A DNA stretch of 64,000 nt from Candidatus Nomurabacteria bacterium (GTDB lineage: Bacteria > Patescibacteriota > Saccharimonadia > Saccharimonadales > JAGQNJ01): positions 340,258-404,257 of the forward strand of contig CP060231.1 in assembly GCA_023898625.1 (NCBI GenBank), written 5' to 3'. This document shows, piece by piece, positions 54,728-63,711 of the stretch (position 1 is the stretch's first letter; every line of letters begins with the position of its first letter). A model generated the notes under the pieces. It was given only the letters and a program-made list of their open reading frames with translations, was not told the origin of the DNA and did not search any database. The translations under genes were made by a program, and so were the position numbers.

Positions 54728-55531
54728 ATGGCGATATTACAGGCAATAATACTAGGAATCTTAGAAGGATTTACTGAATTTTTACCAATATCTAGCACAG
54801 GACATCTCTTATTGGCACAAGACTTGATTGGCTATAAAGATACAGCAGAAATTTTTGCGGTTGTTGTTCAGATGGGTGCATTAGGTGCGGTGGTTTGGTA
54901 TTACAAAGAAGATCTTGCCAGGAAGACTAAAGATTTATTTAAAGGCAGTAAACAAGCCAAGCAGTTTTGGAAGATCTGGATAATTGCAACTCTTCCTGCC
55001 TGTGTGGGTGGATTGCTCATGGTGAAGGTATTTGACTTTAGCGTAAACTCGTTGGTTATAGCTCTGGCATTAATTATCGGAGGGGTTATTATTTGGTTAA
55101 TTGAGAATTACCACAAGACTAAGCCTTCGAAGCTAAAACCCCAGTTTGACAAAATAACTACTCGCCAAGCTTTTGGTGTAGGTTTGTACCAGGTTTTAGC
55201 TTTGGTTCCAGGAGTCTCGCGTTCGGGAGCTACAATTATGGGAGGGGTCCTGTGTGGGTTTGATCGCGTTACGGCAACTGCCTTTTCGTTTTATTTGAGT
55301 ATTCCAATTCTATTTATTGCAGGAGCTTACAAGATAGTGGATGGTTATGATGAATTGTCAACTATTAGTGGCGGGGGTGTGGCATTATTGGCTGGAGTTG
55401 TTGCGTCATTTATCACTTCTTTTGTGGTGATAGGTTGGTTGTTGAAATACGTAGCTAAGCATGATTTCAAGATTTTTGCCTATTACAGAATTATTTTAGG
55501 GTTGTTGATACTTGTAAGCTTATTGGTCTAG
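54728..55531 (+). CDS. uppP: Undecaprenyl-diphosphate phosphatase
   Basis: 'ILGILEGFTEFLPISSTGHL', 'PGVSRSGATI'. Confidence 0.93.
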   Translation: MAILQAIILGILEGFTEFLPISSTGHLLLAQDLIGYKDTAEIFAVVVQMGALGAVVWYYKEDLARKTKDLFKGSKQAKQFWKIWIIATLPACVGGLLMVKVFDFSVNSLVIALALIIGGVIIWLIENYHKTKPSKLKPQFDKITTRQAFGVGLYQVLALVPGVSRSGATIMGGVLCGFDRVTATAFSFYLSIPILFIAGAYKIVDGYDELSTISGGGVALLAGVVASFITSFVVIGWLLKYVAKHDFKIFAYYRIILGLLILVSLLV

Positions 55532-55545
55532 ATCGTAGTCTCATA

Positions 55546-56520
55546 TCAACTAGACTCCGGCCTTCGATAAGTAAATGATTTATACGCCGACCGACTAGAA
55601 AGAACGTCAGCAATCGACTCCATAGTTTCATGAACATCATGTTCGTTTCTCATATGTCTAGGGGTTCCCAGAATTTCGAAAATGAATTCATCGTCAGGCT
55701 TATGGATGGCTATTGGCAAAACCTTAGTATTATCACTTGTTAAAATCTCAACTGTTCCTCTCGTTACTGGAGCAAGAGTAGAGGAGTCTAGATCACCAGG
55801 AACTACTGACTTATCAACTGTTCCACTTGGCGCAATCCCAAATAAATTACCTCCTGCTTTTAGTCTAGCCTTAATTCTTTGACGCAAAGACCAGTTGTAG
55901 GCGGAAACTAATTTTTCTGGAATATTCGTACCTCTAATAGAATCAGTTTTTGGGAAGCTAAAGTATTGTTTATCGCACATTTGAGTAAGAATATCAACCG
56001 CTGGGATTCCAGAATATCCCAGATGAGCGATCATTTTACTTAAGATGATATTTGTTGAGAATTGATAATCACGATTACGATTTTGACCGATAGTTTTTAT
56101 GGCAATATGGCAAGCCACTAGTGCCTCAGCAATATCTTGAATCTCACTATGATTAGTCATTACGATAATATTCTGTTTTGACAATAAATCCTCACCCAGA
56201 TATGTGACGAGGTCACGCTCGTGTTCTTCTTGATTGAATACCTCTAGGATATTTAAAAACCTTTCTGGATTCTCGCTATTGACTGCTTTGGCTATAGCAA
56301 TCATATTCTCAATGTTGGTGGGTGTTCCATCTATGGATTGTGTGGTTATTCTTTGTGCAGGGTGAATGTCGTGGTCAATCGGTAGTGCAGTCAATTTGCC
56401 ATTAGATCGATCGGCATGTCTTTGAGCCAATGCATTTAGTTCATCAGAAACTGTCTGTTGTTGTTCTCGCCACTGTTCAAGAGGCGCAAACCTGTGATGC
56501 TCTCCTTTTTCTATTTCCAT
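55546..56520 (-). CDS. Hypothetical protein with acyltransferase (PlsC/LPLAT-like) HX4D motif
   Basis: 'NIIVMTNHSEIQDIAEAL' (H-x4-D), 'FGIAPSGT' (cf. FPEGT), 'VLPIAI'. The N-terminal ~110 aa are unrecognised. Confidence 0.4.
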   Translation of the reverse strand: MEIEKGEHHRFAPLEQWREQQQTVSDELNALAQRHADRSNGKLTALPIDHDIHPAQRITTQSIDGTPTNIENMIAIAKAVNSENPERFLNILEVFNQEEHERDLVTYLGEDLLSKQNIIVMTNHSEIQDIAEALVACHIAIKTIGQNRNRDYQFSTNIILSKMIAHLGYSGIPAVDILTQMCDKQYFSFPKTDSIRGTNIPEKLVSAYNWSLRQRIKARLKAGGNLFGIAPSGTVDKSVVPGDLDSSTLAPVTRGTVEILTSDNTKVLPIAIHKPDDEFIFEILGTPRHMRNEHDVHETMESIADVLSSRSAYKSFTYRRPESS

Positions 56521-56620
56521 AGCTTTACTATATATCTTTTGCCTTCATTGTGTGATAAATGAAGTTAATACTACTACATGTAGTGTAGGCGAAGCGTGCT
56601 AAACTACTAATACTTAACAA

Positions 56621-56730
56621 CAAAGCTGGAAATAGGTGAAATTCCTATGCTGTGCCGCAACGGTTAAAGCCCGATACAGTTATTAAATCTCTCGAGCAAG
56701 AGTATCTTTTAATATCTCCAGCTCGATAGG
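56621..56730 (+). promoter_or_regulatory. Candidate cobalamin-type riboswitch (short, AdoCbl-variant-like) in the 5' leader of 56743-57882
   Basis: GCTGGAAATAGGTGAAATTCCTATGCTGTGCCGCAACGGTTAAAGC resembles the conserved GGGAA..GGTGAAAxTCC..GCxGxxCCCGCAACxGTAA core. ATAGG/CCTAT hairpin with loop TGAAATT. Closing helix AGCTGGA (56624-30) / TCCAGCT (56717-23). SD AGGGGG at 56732-37. Confidence 0.5.
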
Positions 56731-56742
56731 CAGGGGGTTAAT

Positions 56743-57882
56743 ATGGAAACACTTACAAGCGAGACACTTGTAGAGCGACGGCTTGATAGGAATCATAGGC
56801 TTTACGATGATACTACGACATGGCTAGCAGAAGCACTAGATGGCAATATGAGAACTAGTTTCGAGTTTAAGTTTTATGGAAACGAACTTTATGGCCAGGA
56901 TGGCGGTGCCTTAGGGCCAATTTTTACAGACTCTTTAGAAAGTGCGAAAAATTTATCTGCTAATTTAAGTTTTGAATTACGTAGACGTAAACATGAAATG
57001 GACGAGTATCTAGAGATGATTCAAATGATGAACGGATCTGATTTTAATACAATGGTCGTGGTTTCTGACTTTCCTGATGAGCTAATGAATGAAACTACGG
57101 ACGTTGGGGGCTATAATTGTCAGCGAAAACAAACCATGCTTCGGGTTATAACCAAAAACGAAGATGGGGGGTTGACTATGCAGACTCAGTCGCTAGACCG
57201 TAGTGAAAGACATGCTTTGGAGTCTATATACTTGCAATTTGGTCATCAAGCATCACCTGGAGAGTTGTTGGGTCAGCGCATCCACCTTATGCTTGATCCT
57301 GATGCTCAAAAAAATCTTCTAGACGGCTTAGTTGAAGTTTATGATCACTCTCTATATTTACGTTATGGCGGAGAATGGCAAGCAGGTCGACAAAAATCTA
57401 AATTTATTAATACCTATGATTTTGTATTACAGCAACAAGATTTGATTAAGTATTATTCTGAAAGAGCTGACTATTTTGGCGATAATCAACCTGTACTTTA
57501 TGGGGTGGTTGCAACTATAAAAAGTAGATATGAAGCTATGGGTTTGGTTGGCGAATCAATCATCACACCAAATATAGAATTCAACAAAGCTAGCGAGTAT
57601 AACCTAAATTATGAAATTGCTCTTTCAGTACAACAGTCAATTATGTCAGGAGAAGACTTTAACGGTTGTGGATTAACTATCAGTATGAGCGACGATACTG
57701 CATCTCAACTAGGAGAAGCCGGCTATGGTAGTAAAACTGAAACAAATCAAACCTACCAATTCAATAAAAAGATGCATTGTGTAGTCTGTCAGGCACCTCC
57801 CAAGGAAGGCGAACTAAAGAAGATGTGTGGCCCATGTGGAATTTGTCGCTCGTGTGATTCTAAATTACAGAGTAAAATATAA
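56743..57882 (+). CDS. Hypothetical protein (379 aa) with C-terminal Cys-rich zinc-ribbon-like tail
   Basis: Strong SD. No family recognised. C-terminus HCVVCQAPPKEGELKKMCGPCGICRSCDSKL. Confidence 0.7.
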   Translation: METLTSETLVERRLDRNHRLYDDTTTWLAEALDGNMRTSFEFKFYGNELYGQDGGALGPIFTDSLESAKNLSANLSFELRRRKHEMDEYLEMIQMMNGSDFNTMVVVSDFPDELMNETTDVGGYNCQRKQTMLRVITKNEDGGLTMQTQSLDRSERHALESIYLQFGHQASPGELLGQRIHLMLDPDAQKNLLDGLVEVYDHSLYLRYGGEWQAGRQKSKFINTYDFVLQQQDLIKYYSERADYFGDNQPVLYGVVATIKSRYEAMGLVGESIITPNIEFNKASEYNLNYEIALSVQQSIMSGEDFNGCGLTISMSDDTASQLGEAGYGSKTETNQTYQFNKKMHCVVCQAPPKEGELKKMCGPCGICRSCDSKLQSKI

Positions 57883-57888
57883 CAAAGT

Positions 57889-58608
57889 ATGAAATATCTA
57901 TTACAAAGCAATAAGTTGCCGAAAGAATGTAAAGGATTGTTAAGTTTTCTGCTGTGGTTAATCTTGGCAACAATCCTGCTTCATGTTTTTTGGCAAATTG
58001 TGCTCTGGTCTTTGCATACTGACAACCGTGTATTAAACGATGTAGTTAATCGCTTTGGCTTGGATGAGGAGCTCAGCTTTCCTACTTGGGTAAATTCTAT
58101 GCTGGCACTGATTGCAGGTTGTTTTGCTTGGGTTGTCGGTAAACATAAAGTTAACAAAAGAAAGAAAACAACTTGGTACGTAGTTGCCTTGGTTGGTGTA
58201 TTGATATCAATCGATGAGGTGGCATCATTTCATGAGTTGCTTCTACAGGCCTTACATATCTTGGCAAAATTTGGGGATCGTCAAGATTTTCTTGATAATG
58301 CATGGTTAATATTACTGCCGTTAATACTAATCGGTGTTATTTATGGAGTATATGAACTTCACAAAAATTTACCAAAGCATACATCAAAACGATTAGTGAT
58401 AGCGTTGTTTGTATATTTACTTGGCGCTTTAGTGGTTGAGTTCTTATCAATCCCATTTGACAAGTCTTTGCTTGTCTACAATTTAGGTATGGTTGTACTT
58501 GAAGAAACCTTAGAAATGATTGGCGTTTGGCTAGCTCTGCGTGCTGTTTTGTTACATATAAATGAACACGAACCAGAATTAGAAAAAAAGTTAACAGATA
58601 TAATTTGA
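57889..58608 (+). CDS. Polytopic membrane protein of unknown function
   Basis: About 6 hydrophobic segments, several with embedded acidic residues (SIDEVASFHELLL, VVLEETLEMIGVWLAL). 6-nt gap to the upstream gene and 4-nt overlap with the downstream gene. Confidence 0.7.
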   Translation: MKYLLQSNKLPKECKGLLSFLLWLILATILLHVFWQIVLWSLHTDNRVLNDVVNRFGLDEELSFPTWVNSMLALIAGCFAWVVGKHKVNKRKKTTWYVVALVGVLISIDEVASFHELLLQALHILAKFGDRQDFLDNAWLILLPLILIGVIYGVYELHKNLPKHTSKRLVIALFVYLLGALVVEFLSIPFDKSLLVYNLGMVVLEETLEMIGVWLALRAVLLHINEHEPELEKKLTDII

Positions 58609-59210
58609 TGAAGAGAGGTAAAAAGTTAGGTGTATTCAGCGGTACCTTTGATCCGTTTCACGAGGGACATCTACAAGTATGTTTAACAGCAATTCAAAAA
58701 TGCCAACTAGACAAAGTCGTGGTCTTAATAGAGAAAATACCGTTACATAAAACTAGAGTTTCTGATTATGGTCACCGCATGCGCATGATCGAACTGGCGC
58801 TTAAAAACCACCAGAACATCGATTTTTTAGATATAAATTTAAATAACATAACCATTAACACAGTATTGCCAGTTTTAAGCAGGTTATATGAAGATAGTGA
58901 GTATTGGCTCATAACCGGGTCGGATGTTTTAAAGAATATAGCAAACTGGAATAAGGTTGACGAACTGCTTAAAGTCATGGGTTTATGCATAGTTAACAGA
59001 AGCAATCACAGCCAAAAACAGGACAAGTTACTTATTAATGATTTGCAGAAAAAATTCGGGAGAATTAGATATCAACTACTTCCTGAAATATCGTCCAATG
59101 CATCGTCTTCAGTGGTGCGTAGGCAGATCTATGATTGTTCAGAATCGAACTTATTACTTCCAGAAGTCTTAGACTACATCAACACACAACAATTATATAA
59201 GGCTCAATAG
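58605..59210 (+). CDS. nadD: Nicotinate/nicotinamide-nucleotide adenylyltransferase-like (cytidylyltransferase family)
   Basis: 'LGVFSGTFDPFHEGHL' ((H/T)xGH motif) and C-terminal 'ISSNASSSVVRRQI' (ISSTxxR-like). Confidence 0.75.
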   Translation: MMKRGKKLGVFSGTFDPFHEGHLQVCLTAIQKCQLDKVVVLIEKIPLHKTRVSDYGHRMRMIELALKNHQNIDFLDINLNNITINTVLPVLSRLYEDSEYWLITGSDVLKNIANWNKVDELLKVMGLCIVNRSNHSQKQDKLLINDLQKKFGRIRYQLLPEISSNASSSVVRRQIYDCSESNLLLPEVLDYINTQQLYKAQ

Positions 59211-60895
59211 GTGTCGTTTACTTCAAAATGGTTCTGCAAGTAATTTAAGTGCTTAGTCCTATACTTATTAAACTCAGATTTTTTGAATCCGTTATGCTTA
59301 ATAAAGCCACTAACCTTTTCGTTACCTATGTAATGTGGAAGAATCACAAAACTGGCTCCCAGACCATACAGTTCTATGGCCTCAGCAACTGAGTCGGCAT
59401 GGCAAATAACAATACATTTTGGATTATGCTGGTGAAGATGTTGAAGTAAAAAGACATTGGTGGTGTGGTCGGTTATAACAGCTACCACAAACTTAACATC
59501 CTCTAAGTTGATTTCTTCTAGTAGCTGTAAATCAGTAGCATCGCCATAGATGTATGGAATGCCATGCTTTTCAGCATCATCTATTACATCAGGATCATGA
59601 TCGACAAGCAGGAATTTTTTATTTAGTTGTCGAAAAACATTAATATATTCATGTCCACCTTTTTTGAAACCAAAAATAACGGCATCAACTGAGGTCTTGT
59701 GATCTTTGGTAGGTCTAGTTTTCTTTCTTTCGAAAAGTCGCAAACGTGGTTCAAGAAGCGAGTATAATTTATCTGAATAAATGATCATATAAGAAGAAAT
59801 AGCCATAGTTAGTATGGCTGTTACCATAATAAGTGAAACAACCTCCTGGCTAATCTGCTTGTTGCTTTCTCCTAATAATACTAATATGAGCGAAAACTCA
59901 CTAACTTGAGTAAGGGCAATTCCAGCTTTAAAGCTTGTTTTTTTAGTGTATCCCAGAATACCCATGACAGTCATGACAATTAACGGATTACAAATCATGA
60001 CTATTAACGATAGAATTATAGCTTGTCCTAGTACCGCTTTGACATCATTAAGGTTTAGTCTGGTACCTAGAGCAATGAAGAATACAATTAAAAAGAAATC
60101 CCGAAGAGGACGCAAGCGAGATCCAACATCTTGCGCATAAGGCATTGTAGCTAGTGATACTCCAGCTAGTAAAGCGCCTACTTCAACCGAAAATCCAAAT
60201 TTATAGAACATCGAAGCAATACCGAAACCCCATGCAAGAGTGAATAAAAAGAGAAGTTCACGTGACCTAGATAAAAAATGTGTCAGATGTTTTAAAATAA
60301 AGTTCGAAACCAAAAATACAAGAGCAAATAGTGCAAATCCTTTTACTATCAAGGGTAAAATCGTCTGAAATGTAATATCTCCTTGACTTGATGCAGAAGC
60401 AATAACTAGGGCTATAGTTGCAACAACATCTTGAACAAGCAAAAATCCAATTGCAATCTTTCCGAATAGTTTAGTTTGTTCTTTTTTGTCTGTTAAAAGT
60501 TTCAGGATAATAATTGTACTACTAAAGGCCAGGCTTGCACCTATATATACTGACGAAGTCTTATCAAAACCCAATAACCCGGCAATCCAAAATCCCATTA
60601 ATGAAGTAAAGAAGACCTGGCAGAAGCCGGTAATTAATGACACCTTCCCAACTTCTTTAATGACCTTCGGATTGAGACCTAGCCCAACAATAAAAAGTAG
60701 CAATGTAACCCCAAAACTTCCTAGGGTTTCAATAGATTCAGGACTTTTGACTAACCCTAATAGAGAGGGTCCAACTATCAATCCGGTAATGATATAACCA
60801 ATAATTAGCGGTTGACGCAAGTAACGAATAATCATTGATATCCCGGCACAAAGACCCAGGAGTACTGATACTTCAACAAAAATATTACCTTGCAT
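59204..60895 (-). CDS. Cation:proton antiporter (CPA2/Kef-type) with C-terminal RCK/TrkA-N domain
   Basis: About 12 TM segments, 'LLVQDVVATIALV', and a C-terminal Rossmann-like 'DAVIFGFKKGGHEY'. Confidence 0.85.
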   Translation of the reverse strand: MQGNIFVEVSVLLGLCAGISMIIRYLRQPLIIGYIITGLIVGPSLLGLVKSPESIETLGSFGVTLLLFIVGLGLNPKVIKEVGKVSLITGFCQVFFTSLMGFWIAGLLGFDKTSSVYIGASLAFSSTIIILKLLTDKKEQTKLFGKIAIGFLLVQDVVATIALVIASASSQGDITFQTILPLIVKGFALFALVFLVSNFILKHLTHFLSRSRELLFLFTLAWGFGIASMFYKFGFSVEVGALLAGVSLATMPYAQDVGSRLRPLRDFFLIVFFIALGTRLNLNDVKAVLGQAIILSLIVMICNPLIVMTVMGILGYTKKTSFKAGIALTQVSEFSLILVLLGESNKQISQEVVSLIMVTAILTMAISSYMIIYSDKLYSLLEPRLRLFERKKTRPTKDHKTSVDAVIFGFKKGGHEYINVFRQLNKKFLLVDHDPDVIDDAEKHGIPYIYGDATDLQLLEEINLEDVKFVVAVITDHTTNVFLLQHLHQHNPKCIVICHADSVAEAIELYGLGASFVILPHYIGNEKVSGFIKHNGFKKSEFNKYRTKHLNYLQNHFEVNDTY

Positions 60896-60975
60896 ATCTA
60901 TTTTTCATTTTTCTCATGCTTATTGTACAATAAATCTAGTAATTAATAAACTAAATATCATAAAGAAGAAGTAAA

Positions 60976-62250
60976 GTGAAAATTCCTACAATAGAAGATA
61001 TCAACGATTCCGTGAACTCCATATTGCCGGATATTATCTTTCGTTATGATAAAAGACTGAACATTTTTCTAGAACAAACTACCGAAAAACAGGCGGAAAT
61101 ATTACGAAAAGCCCCAAAATCAGTACGTAAAGATTTGCTGATTAAAATGCCAGAACCAGATCTTGTTAAGATACTATCGGTTGTTGACCCAGATCAAGCT
61201 ACGGACATGCTTCAGTTGTTAACTAAAGCTAAACGAGAAAGTGTTTTAGCTCAGGTTAGCGAAGAGATCAAAGAATCCCTTTCGACATTATTAGAGTTTG
61301 ACGCAAATACCGCGGCTGGCTTGATGACACTCGATTATATTTCAGTTGAAACAACAGACAACATCAAGACTGTTGCCCAAAAATTTAAGACCCATGAAAC
61401 AAAAACCGGTCGATCTCCGATTATTTTAGTAAGAAAAGAGGGGAAATTGTCTGGTTTTTTGCCCGCTCATGAGCTAGGTTTGGCTGGTCGTAATGAATTG
61501 ATAGGTAAGTATGTAAAAAGAATACCTACAATTTCATACGCTGCAGATCATCAAAAAGTAGTTGATAAATTTAGGGCTCATCCACACAATAAAATAGCTG
61601 TATTAAATGACTCAGAAGATGTCATGGGGATAATCTACTCAGATGATGTTTTGCAGTTGATTGAAGAAAAAGAAGCCGCTACCTTGTACGACTTCGCCGG
61701 TGTTAGTTCCGAGGAAGGTGTGTCTGATAGTTCAGCGCGTAAAGTGAAGTTTCGATATAAATGGTTAATAATAAACCTAGCAACAGCTTTTTTGGCGTCG
61801 TTTGTTGTTAGTCAGTTTGAATCAACAATCTCAGAATATGTACTTTTGGCAGTTTATATGCCAATAGTTGCTGGCATGGGAGGAAACGCCGCCACCCAAA
61901 CTTTAGCAGTTTTAGTTAGAGGTATTGCGCTTAAGCAAATATCCTTGAGGACAGCTTTTAAAACACTTAAGAACGAAGTTGGCGCTGGGTTTATAAATGG
62001 TTTAATCAACGGATTTTTAGTTGCTTTCGTTGTACTGGTTAAGGATCATGACGTGAAGATTGCAATCATTTTAGCGCTAGCTATGGTCATCAATATGATA
62101 GTTGCCGCAACTTTTGGCACACTAGTGCCTTTGATTATGGCAAAGCTACGAAAGGATCCTGCAACATCCGCAACAATATTTATTACTACTGCAACAGATG
62201 TTCTTGGTTTTTTGGCTTTTCTCGGCTTGGCAACAATAATTCTTAAATAG
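60976..62250 (+). CDS. mgtE: Magnesium transporter MgtE
   Basis: GTG start. MgtE-N region, CBS pair, and TM domain with 'PIVAGMGGNAATQT' and 'TTATDVLGF'. Confidence 0.92.
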   Translation: MKIPTIEDINDSVNSILPDIIFRYDKRLNIFLEQTTEKQAEILRKAPKSVRKDLLIKMPEPDLVKILSVVDPDQATDMLQLLTKAKRESVLAQVSEEIKESLSTLLEFDANTAAGLMTLDYISVETTDNIKTVAQKFKTHETKTGRSPIILVRKEGKLSGFLPAHELGLAGRNELIGKYVKRIPTISYAADHQKVVDKFRAHPHNKIAVLNDSEDVMGIIYSDDVLQLIEEKEAATLYDFAGVSSEEGVSDSSARKVKFRYKWLIINLATAFLASFVVSQFESTISEYVLLAVYMPIVAGMGGNAATQTLAVLVRGIALKQISLRTAFKTLKNEVGAGFINGLINGFLVAFVVLVKDHDVKIAIILALAMVINMIVAATFGTLVPLIMAKLRKDPATSATIFITTATDVLGFLAFLGLATIILK

Positions 62251-62310
62251 AAAAAGATTACAATTGTGATACTATAAACTCATAACTAATAAGCAAAAAA
62301 TAAGGAAAAA

Positions 62311-62949
62311 ATGAAAAAATCGAAAACAAAAGTAACCAACGGAGCAAATGTTTTTAAAAAGTACAAGAAAATTTTTATATGTCTAGCCGTACTAATAGTC
62401 GCTATAGGAGGGTTCGTAGCACTTAAGTTGAGTATGGCTGCGCCTTTTGATGGATGGCAAAGACTTAGAGTGGTGAATGTCGCTACTCAACAAATTGGTC
62501 ATCGTGAATGGGACCCTCAAGTTCTTGCATATTCAGAAAATAATAATGAAAATTGGTGCGCGGACTTTGTTAGTTGGGTTTATGCTACTGCGGGATATCC
62601 ACTTCCTGGTGGAAGTGTTGCTTATAAAAGAAGCGCTTGGAGGATACCACGGGTATATAATCGAGATCCGAGCGCACCTAATTTAAGGGATATTTTCATT
62701 TTTACTGGGACATACAAAACTAAAGAGAGTGGCTATGTTCCCGCTCCAGGCGATGTCATAATCTTTGCAAGAGCAGGAGTAAGCCACACTGGAATTGTCG
62801 AAAATACTACTCCAGCTTCTAAAAGTTCACCGGTAATCGTAAACACCATAGAAGGAAATACAGCCAACCAAGTTGCTAGAAGATCTTACTCGATAAATGA
62901 TGCCAAGATTGATGGGTATGGAACAATTATTGACTTGAAACGTTGGTAA
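62311..62949 (+). CDS. Membrane-anchored CHAP-domain peptidoglycan hydrolase
   Basis: TM anchor IFICLAVLIVAIGGFVAL. 'NWCADFVSWVYATAGYPL' (Cys) and 'GVSHTGIVEN' (His). Confidence 0.8.
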   Translation: MKKSKTKVTNGANVFKKYKKIFICLAVLIVAIGGFVALKLSMAAPFDGWQRLRVVNVATQQIGHREWDPQVLAYSENNNENWCADFVSWVYATAGYPLPGGSVAYKRSAWRIPRVYNRDPSAPNLRDIFIFTGTYKTKESGYVPAPGDVIIFARAGVSHTGIVENTTPASKSSPVIVNTIEGNTANQVARRSYSINDAKIDGYGTIIDLKRW

Positions 62950-62975
62950 TACACTTCTATTGATGATAGTAGCTA

Positions 62976-63617
62976 TTAATTTTCAGCTTTTTTGATAGCT
63001 TCGTCAATCAGCTTAGAAAAATCATCCACACTTCTAGGGCTACTAGTGACCTTTTCATTATTGATAAAAAAGGTAGGGGTACCTTCTACGCCAATTTTCT
63101 GGCCTGCCGCGTAATCGGCGTTTATTAGCGCATTAATCTCAGTGCTTTTATAATCATTTTTAAATTGTTCAACATTCATACCAAGCTCGCTGGCATAATC
63201 TTCCATTATTTGTGATGCATTCTGACTAGAGCTCCAAGCTTGTTGGCGCTGATATAAGAGTTCATACATTTCCCAAAACTTGTTCTGCTTGGCCGAAGCT
63301 TCAGCTGCACGGTGTGCACTCATAGCATTTTGGTGTATTTGAGTTATTGGAAAATGCCTAAACTGGAAAGTGATATCATCGCCATACTTTTTTCGTACTT
63401 GTTCTAATATTGGGAAATACTCACCACAAACTGGGCACTGAAAATCACCATATTCAAGTAACGTTACCTTTTTTTTGCCGGCACCTGATTTGTGCTCCGT
63501 GGGCTGAACGCTAGAAGTACCTTGATTGTTTTGCTTATCCTTCTGCCCTTTAACAACAACAAAACCAACAAATATCAAGATTAAAACTGCCATTACCACC
63601 AAAAAACGTTTATTCAT
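62976..63617 (-). CDS. DsbA-family thiol:disulfide oxidoreductase (membrane-anchored)
   Basis: TM anchor. CxxC 'FQCPVCGEY'. 'GVEGTPTFFIN'. Confidence 0.88.
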   Translation of the reverse strand: MNKRFLVVMAVLILIFVGFVVVKGQKDKQNNQGTSSVQPTEHKSGAGKKKVTLLEYGDFQCPVCGEYFPILEQVRKKYGDDITFQFRHFPITQIHQNAMSAHRAAEASAKQNKFWEMYELLYQRQQAWSSSQNASQIMEDYASELGMNVEQFKNDYKSTEINALINADYAAGQKIGVEGTPTFFINNEKVTSSPRSVDDFSKLIDEAIKKAEN

Positions 63618-63711
63618 ACTCGCGACAAATCTCCCATTACTTTTAGTAGTTTAATAATACCCTAATTTGTAGATTTTGAAAAATATCCATAACCACAGTA
63701 AGATATTAAGT

